A stretch of DNA of 64,000 nucleotides from Bacteroidota bacterium (lineage in GTDB: Bacteria > Bacteroidota > Bacteroidia > Bacteroidales > VadinHA17), in NCBI GenBank assembly GCA_030596025.1, contig JAUVKW010000001.1:1603-65602 (forward strand), in the 5' to 3' direction. Positions 10,801 through 17,920 of the stretch are shown one piece after another. The notes under the pieces are model-generated. The model was not told where the DNA came from. It saw only the letters and a program-made list of their open reading frames with translations, and ran no database searches. The translations under genes were made by a program, and so were the position numbers. Positions within the stretch are counted from its first letter, which is position 1; each line of letters starts with the position of its first letter.

Positions 10801-10955
10801 GTGTTTGATTCGCTAAAGTGAACGGTAATTTTCGGAATATCAATATCGGGCATTAAGGATACCGGTATCTGGAATGACGCAGCTATACCCAAAACCAATA
10901 TGGCAATAAAGATCATGGTGACGGCTATGGGTCTATTTATTAAAAACCTTACCAT
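7830..10955 (-). CDS. RND (AcrB-type) efflux transporter permease subunit
   Basis: 1041-aa ORF. N-terminus MVRFLINRPIAVTMIFIAILVLG is typical of AcrB-family pumps. TM4 motif GVGMMIDNSIIVIDNI. 12-TM, two-loop layout. Contains a low-complexity insert EHRAQSTGHRAQGREQS. Confidence 0.9.
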   Translation of the reverse strand: MVRFLINRPIAVTMIFIAILVLGIAASFQIPVSLMPDIDIPKITVHFSESNTSARELENTVVKPLRRQLMQVSHLSDIKSETRDGNALIHLDFDYGTDVDFAFIEVNEKIDRAMNRLPRKLNRPEVIKASASDIPVFYLNLTLKEHRAQSTGHRAQGREQSLSDGQESINQQPETSKNIFPVSQKFIELSRFAGQVISKRIEQLPEVAMVDISGQVYPELLIIPDMKKAESLGINLATIEQTIRKNNINLGNLLIRDGQYQYNIRFASTLKNKHDIENIYIKAGDRLIQFKSIARVIEHVQKRTGMVTSDGKEAITMAVIKQSDAQMSELKDKLYQLIDHLIEDYPHIEFKITRDQTLLLDYTISNLGKSLLFGASLAFLIMFFFLKDFRAPFLVGITIPASIVISLLIFYLADISINIISLSGLILGVGMMIDNSIIVIDNITQYRERGSHLIQACVSGTNEVFRPLLSAVLTTCAVFIPLIFVQGISGALFYDQAMAIAIGLIVSLLVSITLLPTYYKLFYNKQLETNKKNLLSRINTLNYEAIYEKGFRLIMKNQGYAWILFFLMLMGVVLLYFKLPKDSFPPLSRSEIMIGIEWNERIHVDENNRRIQELLANIKVKPVQSTCMIGEQQFLLDYSSDETASEALVYVKAEFPDEIQAIVNDATQFINSKYPIAIINIKEAGNVFNLIFSDNEPPLVARLRSTEDFGPDYNIFLKTTIDKMRKEISYSQLQQVAWQENLLLKADPLKLMTYDVSFEALHRKIKSALSENEILLITRSQYFIPVVLGEKPKLINDIISRTMVMNSNGDNIPLRSLISVEKNYDLKIIVAGPEGEYYPLPIQVNNSDADKVITGIRNTLNEDRHFEAGFSGSIFTSEKLLKQLAVILGISLLLLYFILASQFESLSLPLIVLIEVPVDVFGVFLLLKLFGAGINLMSLIGIIVMSGIIINDSILKIDTINRLRNQGYSLMRALVVGGQRRFKPIIMTSLTTILALLPFLFITGLGADLQKPLALAVIGGMIVGTMVSLYFIPLFYYYLKK
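10486..10524 (-). repeat. about 2.8 copies of a 14-nt tandem repeat (plus strand CCCTGTGCTCTGTG) inside the RND coding sequence
   Basis: Read directly. On the coding strand it reads GAGCACAGGGCACAGAGCACAGGGCACAGAGCACAGGG and encodes ..EHRAQSTGHRAQG.. within the first periplasmic loop region. Confidence 0.85.
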
Positions 10956-10983
10956 ATTTCCGTTTTGTTGTTTTTCTTAATCA

Positions 10984-11672
10984 CGTTTCTATGGTTTCTG
11001 TTGTTCCTGTAGTTTCTATGGTTTCTATGGTTTCTATGGTTTGAATTTAGTTCCCTTGAATTCTGATTTAGAAAGATACTGCATCATGTTGTTTGTTTTT
11101 CTACCCAAAACAATTGTTTTTTCTGAAAATTCATCAAATTCATTTTGAGATATATAATTTCGGTCGAATGCACGATAGAGCTGCGATCTGGTTTCTCCAC
11201 ATGACCCTTTTGCAATCGATAGAAAGTTTCGAAATTCTTTGTTCCCTCCGCGTTCGAATCCCTCTGCAATATTATCCATGGTTGATCCGCTTGAGGCTCT
11301 GATTTGATCTCTCAGACGAAAATCTTTTGAAAACTTTTCCTTTAAAGTAAGCTCGAAAACATCAATACTTAACTGCCTGGCAAACTGCCATATCTCCAAA
11401 TCCTCAAAACGTTTAACAGTTGCCATTATTTTTAAAAATTGATCTATGATCTTAAAAACATAAAAAAATATACACTAGGAACAACAGAAACAAGTTCCTA
11501 TTGTTTATGTTGTTCCTCTTGTTTGAATATAATACCTGGAAGGCTATCATATTTCCAATTTCTCAATTAGTTTTACCATTACCATTTGTTCCCAAAAGAA
11601 TTGTATTATTATAAAAAATCATTGAACATTAAACAACAGGAACTATAGGAACTAAATAAACCAAAGGAACAT
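10984..11672. repeat. inverted-repeat (rRNA-IVS-like) element enclosing the four-helix-bundle gene
   Basis: Left arm 10984-11040 is made of GTTTCTATGG/GTTGTTCCT words. Right arms at 11475-11525 and 11631-11672 carry the reverse-complement words. A perfect 15-bp inverted repeat, GTTTCTGTTGTTCCT (10994-11008) / AGGAACAACAGAAAC (11477-11491), brackets the ORF. Confidence 0.55.
11034..11426 (-). CDS. four-helix-bundle protein (23S rRNA intervening-sequence protein family)
   Basis: 130-aa ORF. FEDLEIWQFARQL...DQIRASSGSTMDNIAEGFERGGNKEFRNFLSIAKGSCGETRSQL matches the family pattern I recall (PF05635 type). Confidence 0.85.
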   Translation of the reverse strand: MATVKRFEDLEIWQFARQLSIDVFELTLKEKFSKDFRLRDQIRASSGSTMDNIAEGFERGGNKEFRNFLSIAKGSCGETRSQLYRAFDRNYISQNEFDEFSEKTIVLGRKTNNMMQYLSKSEFKGTKFKP

Positions 11673-12749
11673 TTATTTAATAATTACCTCCGACTCGTGC
11701 GCCAAATTCAGGTTACCTGAAATAATTACTGTATCTCCGGGAGCAAGTGTGCCGCCTTTATCAGGATGTGCCTGCACGGTATATGAATTGCTGTTTTCGA
11801 ATTCGGTTTGCACGTAAGTCCAGAAGGCTTGCCCGTTTTTGTATACAAACAATACTTCCTGGTTCTGGCGTAATACTACGGCTGACTTTGGTACAACCAG
11901 GCGGTCAGGCACCCTGGTTTCAAGCAACACTTCTACATTCATGCCTTCCATAAGCATACCTGTATTCTTAATAACTGCTTTAACTCTTATCATACCATTT
12001 TCTTCAACCACAGGATTAATTTCACAAACCTTTCCATAAACTATTTCATCATTTATAAAAGGAATAATTTTAACCTCTTTACGCAATTCAATTTCTTTTA
12101 ATTCAGTTTCAAGTACTGAAAACTCAACCTCAAATGCCGATTCATCAATAAGTGTGCAGAACTCTTCTCCGGGACTAACCACATCGTGTACTTTGTGTTT
12201 TAAATTAGCTATAACTCCCGTGAACGGGGCTTTCAAAATGGTGGAGTTGTAGTTAAACTTTGCCGTTTCAAGGCTGTTCATGGCATCTAATAGCCCCGAG
12301 CGTATTTTTGCGCTTTTCACAATGTTTTCAGGAGGTTGCTTATTTCCTGAATTATAACCCATTAGAACAATAACATCCTTGTATTCAACTTCGGCTTTTT
12401 GTATTTGAAACTCAGCTTTTTCGAGTTCCTGCTCCTGATTAAACCTGAAAAGGCGTGCTATAACCTGGCCCTTATATACTTTATCGCCATTTTTATAGGC
12501 CAGATATTCCAGTTCCTCACTAATACGAAACCGGAGGATGCTTTTTCTCAGGGCAATAAGCTTTCCATTGCTTACCAGTTCCTTACTGAAATCGGTTTCC
12601 TTAAGTACTATTACATCAACGGGGTTGCGTTCAGGACTATGGTTCAGTTTGCCGGTATCCTGATCCTCCCCGCCTTGATTTGTTGAGCATTGGCTAAAAA
12701 CAAGTATAAGTAAAAATATCAGTATGTTTCTCATATTCAATTTGGTCAA
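11673..12749 (-). CDS. efflux RND transporter periplasmic adaptor (membrane fusion protein)
   Basis: 358-aa ORF with lipoprotein-type signal LILVFSQCS. HlyD/AcrA-like layout with a coiled-coil region and LKAPFTGVIANL lipoyl-type motif. Lies upstream of the RND permease on the same strand. Confidence 0.8.
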   Translation of the reverse strand: MTKLNMRNILIFLLILVFSQCSTNQGGEDQDTGKLNHSPERNPVDVIVLKETDFSKELVSNGKLIALRKSILRFRISEELEYLAYKNGDKVYKGQVIARLFRFNQEQELEKAEFQIQKAEVEYKDVIVLMGYNSGNKQPPENIVKSAKIRSGLLDAMNSLETAKFNYNSTILKAPFTGVIANLKHKVHDVVSPGEEFCTLIDESAFEVEFSVLETELKEIELRKEVKIIPFINDEIVYGKVCEINPVVEENGMIRVKAVIKNTGMLMEGMNVEVLLETRVPDRLVVPKSAVVLRQNQEVLFVYKNGQAFWTYVQTEFENSNSYTVQAHPDKGGTLAPGDTVIISGNLNLAHESEVIIK

Positions 12750-12826
12750 CCATTTATAACATTGATAATAAAGATAACCTTTTTAGGAATTTTGACCGGA
12801 TAATCTGAAATAATATTACCAGAAAG

Positions 12827-13264
12827 CTATTCCTTTTTTACGTCACCATATATTTTAAGAGTTATAGGATTGGGCCTTGTATTAGCAATTACATTTATAC
12901 TTTTATGAAAGTGTCCAATATCACTTGCATTGTAGATTACTCTGATTGTGCCAGCCTTGCCAGGCTTAACTGTTTTCTTTGGCCATACAGGTAAAGTACA
13001 ACCACATGAGGCACGCACTGTATGAATTATTAAAGGGAATTCACCAGTATTGGTAAAACTAAATACAGCTTCTTTGGGTTGATTAAAGATTAAAGAACCC
13101 ATATTTATTGTTTTTGAATCAAACGAGATTGCAGTTGAGTTTTTTATTCCACCTGCTATTTCATATTTCTCATTATTTGAAAAGAACTGCAATAACAAAA
13201 ATAATGATATGATCACAAAGGCAGTAATTATTAACCAAAATAAGGTATTTTGTTTCTTTGACAT
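12827..13264 (-). CDS. DUF1573-like membrane-anchored protein
   Basis: 145-aa ORF with an N-terminal TM. Motif RASCGCT...PGKAGTIRVIYNA is characteristic of DUF1573 (from memory). Confidence 0.7.
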   Translation of the reverse strand: MSKKQNTLFWLIITAFVIISLFLLLQFFSNNEKYEIAGGIKNSTAISFDSKTINMGSLIFNQPKEAVFSFTNTGEFPLIIHTVRASCGCTLPVWPKKTVKPGKAGTIRVIYNASDIGHFHKSINVIANTRPNPITLKIYGDVKKE

Positions 13265-13576
13265 AGCAAACTAAATATGACTTATAAATCTATTGTTCTT
13301 CTTTTTTAAACAAGTTTAAGTAAATCTCCATCTCACGGTTTTTTGCGGCGCAATGACTTTAAACTTTTATCTTTTCCTACCAAACTCTGTCAGGTCTTCC
13401 TTCCCTGCAAGTTTTAGCGCAGACTCTGACAGGTTTTACTTTATTCCGGTTAATAAAAAGCAATCTTAAGAATTATTGTAAGCCATAATTACTTAAATCA
13501 TAAATCAGTGTTCCTTGTTCAGTATTCAATATGAAATTTACTAAACATGTTGCATAAATTTTCATTCATTATCCCA

Positions 13577-14623
13577 TTATTTGATTTTCATGAACATCCT
13601 GTTCCATCTTATTTTTCTTATACCCTTTTTATCAGGATTGAGTGAAAACAAAACAAAACATGCTTTACCAATAATGTGATCTTCGGGTACAAATCCCCAG
13701 TAGCGGGAGTCGTTTGAAGCATCACGGTTATCGCCCAGCATAAAATAGTAGTCTTGATTAAATCCATAATTACTGATAAGGGTATCATTTATCTTCCATT
13801 CCCCACTGTTATTTATTATGCCGGCATGTTCAAACATTTTCAATATCTTCTTATAAAGTATAACATCGTTTTCATCCGGCATTATTTTTAATTCCTTGCC
13901 CGGTATTATAAAAGGCCCCATATTATCGAGTGTCCATGAATAGCGTTCGTGCCATGGATAATACTGTGTTGTAAAGTCATCTGTTTTAATGCCGGAGGTT
14001 AAAGAATCAATACCTGCTAATCCGGATAATTGCTTTTTTTGACGTCTTGTAAGTTTTATCTCCCTAAAGCAGTCCTGTTTTGTTGTCCACCAGTCATAAA
14101 CCGGAATATTCAGGCTATCAGTTATTATACTAAAACTGCTGATACTATTATACCATACACGATAGACTTTTTTTGATTCAACAGGTGGAGACTGAAGCCG
14201 GTTTTTTATGAAAACGTCTGAATCAATAATCTGAAAAGTATCACCCGGCAAAGCTATGCAACGTTTAATAAATGTCTTGTTATTGTTATCAGGGAACTGA
14301 AAAACAATAATATCACCCCTGTTTATTTTCGAGAAGCCGGATAAACGTTTATATTTCCACCATGTAGTATCAGCTTTGGCTCTTGCTTTTTTATTCAGGG
14401 AAAACACAACATTCAGCCATGGTATCTCAAAAGGTGATCGGGGTAACTTCGCTCCGTAATTTAATTTACTGACAAGTATTTTATCGCCAGGTCGGAGTGT
14501 ATTTGCCATTGAACTTGAAGAAATAGTATAGATCTCAAACAGAAATATATGTAGGCATACAGCCAAAAGTATTATCCCTAAAAACAAGCATATATGATAA
14601 ATTACTTTTTGTATTCGGAACAT
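13577..14623 (-). CDS. lepB: signal peptidase I (paralogue 2)
   Basis: 348-aa ORF. Boxes SSSSMANTLRPGDKILV, FIKRCIALPGD, GDNRDASNDSRYWGFVPEDHIIGKA. Long blocks are near-identical to the 6480..7646 product, e.g. KLNYGAKLPRSPFEIPWLNV and INRGDIIVFQ. Confidence 0.9.
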   Translation of the reverse strand: MFRIQKVIYHICLFLGIILLAVCLHIFLFEIYTISSSSMANTLRPGDKILVSKLNYGAKLPRSPFEIPWLNVVFSLNKKARAKADTTWWKYKRLSGFSKINRGDIIVFQFPDNNNKTFIKRCIALPGDTFQIIDSDVFIKNRLQSPPVESKKVYRVWYNSISSFSIITDSLNIPVYDWWTTKQDCFREIKLTRRQKKQLSGLAGIDSLTSGIKTDDFTTQYYPWHERYSWTLDNMGPFIIPGKELKIMPDENDVILYKKILKMFEHAGIINNSGEWKINDTLISNYGFNQDYYFMLGDNRDASNDSRYWGFVPEDHIIGKACFVLFSLNPDKKGIRKIRWNRMFMKIK

Positions 14624-14812
14624 GACTATGAAGCAATAATAAACCGACAGCTTATATATTATAATTGGTTTTCATTTACTGTCTTAAAAACTTATATCAA
14701 AATACTCAAATTCTTCTTACCAATTTTGATAGTGAAAAAAGAATTTATCGAATACATTAAAAATAATTACAAAAAAATTTGCTCTTGACTTTTGTAATTC
14801 ACAATACCCAGT

Positions 14813-15850
14813 TCATTGTAAAATACTCAAATCATAAATTACAAAAGGCTGACGATCAAACCAATTTAAACCTATCAAAGTTTTGTCATTGTCTGTGATA
14901 ATTATATTGCTCAAACCAATATCCAGGTCAATCTCATACAATGCTTCTCCCTCCCATGAAAATACATGTAGTTTATTTCCAATTCCTGCAATTGCAGTTA
15001 TGAAATCCTTACCACAATAAATAGCATAGATAAATTTGGAGGTAGTAAATACATCAATATAGTGAAAAACAGTTTTATCATCCAAAAAACTATGTGAATC
15101 TTTTGAAAATATTGGTTCTATCTGGTTTTCCGGCTGTATTGAAGTCCTCAAAGATAAGTCATTGTTATATATATCTATTTGCTTAAAATACCGTAAAGCA
15201 CTGACAAATACCTCCCGGGGATAATTGTAATCATTTATAGCATAGAATATTTGTCCTAAATGTAATTGATTTTTTGTTTCGCGTTGCTTAAAAAACAGAT
15301 CATCAACAGTATAGTTTATCTTTCTTGTTTCCAGATTAAAATTAAATATTCTAAATTTCCCTGATGTGGTAGAACCAATAATGGTATTGCTGTTCAAATA
15401 AAGAAGGTTAAAAGGAATTATTAACTCAACCGGATAAACAATTTTCGTATTAGGTTCATAATAAGGAACGCTGATCATACTATCAAGATCATACTTTTTT
15501 GTGATGTATCTATCTGTCACAACCAAATGATTATTATGCAAGCGTTTACTAAGATCAGGCCCCTGAAATTCGCCAGGGCCCTTCCCCTTGATGCCAAAGG
15601 ATTTCATAAGTTTATAGTTATTTCTGATAACTACATGAAATAATTTCTCCGTTTTGAAATCAGATACCACGATCAATGAATCTAAAAGAACCATTTTCCT
15701 TGGTTCAAGGAAATGGTCCACAGGTCCTACCTTTGTTCCATTGAGTTTAAAGGTTTTATTAAAACCTGAATAATACTTAATTTTTTTATCAGTGGTCTTG
15801 CATGATGATATAAGCGCTAAAATTATTATACTAAAAATTATTTTTTTCAT
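14813..15850 (-). CDS. 6-bladed beta-propeller lipoprotein (BF3164-like family)
   Basis: 345-aa ORF with lipoprotein signal ILALISSC. Motif FGIKGKGPGEFQGP, and a C-terminal blade ..LHVFSWEGEALYEIDL.. ending ..FVIYDL. Family recalled from Bacteroidales annotations. Confidence 0.6.
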   Translation of the reverse strand: MKKIIFSIIILALISSCKTTDKKIKYYSGFNKTFKLNGTKVGPVDHFLEPRKMVLLDSLIVVSDFKTEKLFHVVIRNNYKLMKSFGIKGKGPGEFQGPDLSKRLHNNHLVVTDRYITKKYDLDSMISVPYYEPNTKIVYPVELIIPFNLLYLNSNTIIGSTTSGKFRIFNFNLETRKINYTVDDLFFKQRETKNQLHLGQIFYAINDYNYPREVFVSALRYFKQIDIYNNDLSLRTSIQPENQIEPIFSKDSHSFLDDKTVFHYIDVFTTSKFIYAIYCGKDFITAIAGIGNKLHVFSWEGEALYEIDLDIGLSNIIITDNDKTLIGLNWFDRQPFVIYDLSILQ

Positions 15851-16355
15851 CAGTCTTGAATTTTTTAATTAGGTTTTTTTGTTTCCTTGCTACTTTAGGA
15901 TTTAAATGAGGTGATCCACAGTTTTTAATTATACTATCAGGTCCAACGAGGACACAGTTACTTTGTTTTAGTTTTAAAATACCAAGTTCATTCATTTTAA
16001 TAAACTTATCTGCCTGATCATATAGTATAGGAAACTCAAATGAATTAATTTCATTTATATGGGATTGTGCAAATTCAGAATCCTGTCCGGTTAGAATAAC
16101 CACAAACTGTGTTTCTTCCATAGATCCTTGCTGTAAATAAGCATCTAATCTATATATTTCTTCAATACATGTCGGACAGCTTGCGTTTAAACACAGCAAA
16201 ACATTAAAGCTATTTGATTTCTTATGCTTACAACTATTATATTGTTTAAGACTATCGATGGGATAAATTATTTTCTTACCTACCAGGTAGTCTGTAGAAG
16301 TATTATCAGTACAACCAAGTAATAATATTACAATAAGAAAGTAAACTTGTTTCAT
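15831..16355 (-). CDS. thioredoxin-fold (TlpA/redoxin-like) CxxC lipoprotein
   Basis: The track ORF is 15831..16412. I prefer the internal Met at 16355, which gives the lipoprotein signal MKQVYFLIVILLLGC. The CxxC motif sits in FNVLLCLNASCPTCIEEIYRL (strand-CxxC-helix layout). The gene overlaps the downstream propeller gene by 20 nt. Confidence 0.55.
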   Translation of the reverse strand: MKQVYFLIVILLLGCTDNTSTDYLVGKKIIYPIDSLKQYNSCKHKKSNSFNVLLCLNASCPTCIEEIYRLDAYLQQGSMEETQFVVILTGQDSEFAQSHINEINSFEFPILYDQADKFIKMNELGILKLKQSNCVLVGPDSIIKNCGSPHLNPKVARKQKNLIKKFKTDEKNNF

Positions 16356-16387
16356 AGAATGAACATATTTATTATTATTTTTATATA

Positions 16388-16601
16388 CTATTCCGGTTCC
16401 TCCTGGTTGCATAAATCTTTACCCTGATAATTCCAAGACTGACACATACAATTACAACAAACCTTAGCCAGGCTCTGTACAAGTCCTATAACCCTGGCAC
16501 CAACACTCAGAAGCTTGTACAGGCTTTGGTTTAAGGATTGATAAACTAATTCCAATAATTGTAACAAGAATTGCTAATCCAAAATAAATTTTCTTTTTCA
16601 C
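16388..16601 (-). pseudogene. frameshifted or truncated paralogue of the 71-aa Cys/Trp-rich peptide gene (not in the ORF track)
   Basis: Hand translation from GTG at 16601 gives VKKKIYFGLAILVTIIGISLSILKPKPVQASECWCQGYRTCTEPG, with a stop at 16464-16466. The +1 frame continues KVCCNCMCQSWNYQGKDLCNQEEPE, with a stop at 16388-16390. It aligns with the 16700..16915 product at both the signal (..ISLLTLQPKPAEAAWCSWGYRS) and the tail (QCVACNCLQWDHTGRTSCPDGPIQE). It has a 2-nt deficit relative to that paralogue around CCTGGCTAAGG. Confidence 0.6.
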
Positions 16602-16663
16602 AACTAATTAATTTTGCTATTAAACAATTTCTATAAAGTTAAAACTGCAAATTATTTAATAGT

Positions 16664-16688
16664 GTGAGGGACTAAATTAATCCCTCAC
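16664..16688 (-). terminator. stem-loop 11 nt downstream of the 71-aa peptide gene (possible terminator or attenuator)
   Basis: GTGAGGGA-ctaaattaa-TCCCTCAC, an 8-bp perfect stem, followed on the minus strand by A/U-rich sequence. There is no clean U-tract. Confidence 0.4.
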
Positions 16689-16699
16689 AAAATTCTATT

Positions 16700-16915
16700 T
16701 TACTCTTGAATTGGTCCATCAGGGCAGCTAGTTCTACCTGTATGATCCCATTGTAAACAATTACAAGCAACACATTGTCCTGGCCATGATGTAGTAGACC
16801 TATAACCCCATGAACACCAAGCAGCTTCCGCTGGTTTTGGCTGAAGAGTTAATAAACTAATTGCAATTATTACAACAAGAGTTGCTATGCCGATAAATAT
16901 TTTCCTTTTTTCCAT
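16700..16915 (-). CDS. small secreted Cys/Trp-rich peptide (71 aa precursor)
   Basis: Signal peptide with a predicted SPase I site, PKPAEA|AW. The roughly 40-aa mature part AWCSWGYRSTTSWPGQCVACNCLQWDHTGRTSCPDGPIQE has 5 Cys and 4 Trp. A paralogue lies directly downstream. Confidence 0.65.
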   Translation of the reverse strand: MEKRKIFIGIATLVVIIAISLLTLQPKPAEAAWCSWGYRSTTSWPGQCVACNCLQWDHTGRTSCPDGPIQE

Positions 16916-16985
16916 AACAAAAAATTTTATATTATTAATAATTTTCAGCTTTATTTAAAAACATATTAAATCAATAAGTATCTTT

Positions 16986-17388
16986 GCTCCCGAAAGGGGA
17001 GCTACCAGAACTGGAGTCTGAATACAAATGGTTGAAGGTTATGGTGTGTTTTCCCTTTCACTATTATTAATTGTTTCTAAAGTTTCTATTGTTCCTCTGG
17101 TTCCTGTTGTTTCTATGGTTTCTTTGATTTCTGCTGTTTTCTCATTATTTCCCGGCACATCATGTTTTTAGTATATGAAATTTTATCAAATCACAGACAA
17201 AAGGAACTACAGAAACCATAGAAACAACATGAACTTTTTTTTATTCATTTAATCATTATTTCTTATGGTTTATATTACTTAATCCGGTGAGAATTGGATT
17301 TATTCCCAAAAAAGATATTTATTTTTCAACATTTTGATAGTTTAGATAGACTCTAAATATAAGGTAGGGATGATCAGTAAGATATGGA
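16986..17388 (-). repeat. conserved non-coding element, copy A (upstream module + word hairpin + about 110-nt peptide-proximal module)
   Basis: Two modules, 16986-17095 and 17275-17388, match 19530-19640 and 19725-19838 with 5 and 7 mismatches by eye. The central hairpin arms are TGTTGTTTCTATGGTTTCT (17105-17123) and AGAAACCATAGAAACAACA (17211-17229). The element fills the whole gap between the upstream gene stop (17411) and the peptide start (16915). Confidence 0.8.
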
Positions 17389-17410
17389 CTACACTTGGTT
17401 TATTAAATAT

Positions 17411-17920
17411 TTAGTTTACAAATAGTGAAAACAAATGGCTTAAAGATCTGTCATCATTAATTTCATTTTTTTCTGTAATACTGTTTCCTTGTATTACAAA
17501 ATAATACGGGTATTCTAGAATTGCTTCTGGAAAGAACGCTTTTCCAATATTATCTTCTGTATCAATATATATTTCATTACAATAGTCCATTTTTTCATCC
17601 AGATAATACTGCATAGTTACTATATCTATAGTATTTATCACACATAGTAGCTGAATGTTAGATCGCTTTTTTTCAGGTTCTACCTCAGCCAATTCTTCTT
17701 TTATTGCATCTATCTGACTTAAACAAAATCCACAAATTTCAGGGTAGTAGATTAATACGGTAGTATGATCTTGTGGTATATTAAGCGATCTAATCTCATA
17801 GACCTGATTTTTCCTAATAACTGTAAAACTCCATGAACCAGGTATATTGAAGGACTCTGATGTGCAACCTGTTACCACAATAAATATTGAGAGCAATAAT
17901 TGAAATATAGCTCGTTTCAT
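17411..17920 (-). CDS. thioredoxin-fold CxxC lipoprotein
   Basis: 169-aa ORF with lipoprotein signal SIFIVVTGC. CxxC motif in TVLIYYPEICGFCLSQIDAIKEEL. The start overlaps the stop of the upstream propeller gene (shared base at 17920). Confidence 0.5.
   Translation of the reverse strand: MKRAIFQLLLSIFIVVTGCTSESFNIPGSWSFTVIRKNQVYEIRSLNIPQDHTTVLIYYPEICGFCLSQIDAIKEELAEVEPEKKRSNIQLLCVINTIDIVTMQYYLDEKMDYCNEIYIDTEDNIGKAFFPEAILEYPYYFVIQGNSITEKNEINDDRSLSHLFSLFVN

Noticed and set aside
13381-13440. SRP (4.5S) RNA-like strings: plus strand GTCAGGTC.., and minus strand ..GGGAAGGAAG.., reminiscent of the conserved GUCAGGUCCGGAAGGAAGCAGC domain IV
   Set aside because: The two resemblances are on opposite strands. 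No GGAA tetraloop sits at the apex of a helix-8-like stem. The surrounding sequence does not form the symmetric and asymmetric loops. The outer stem is just the CTGTCAG palindrome also seen at 23.37 kb.
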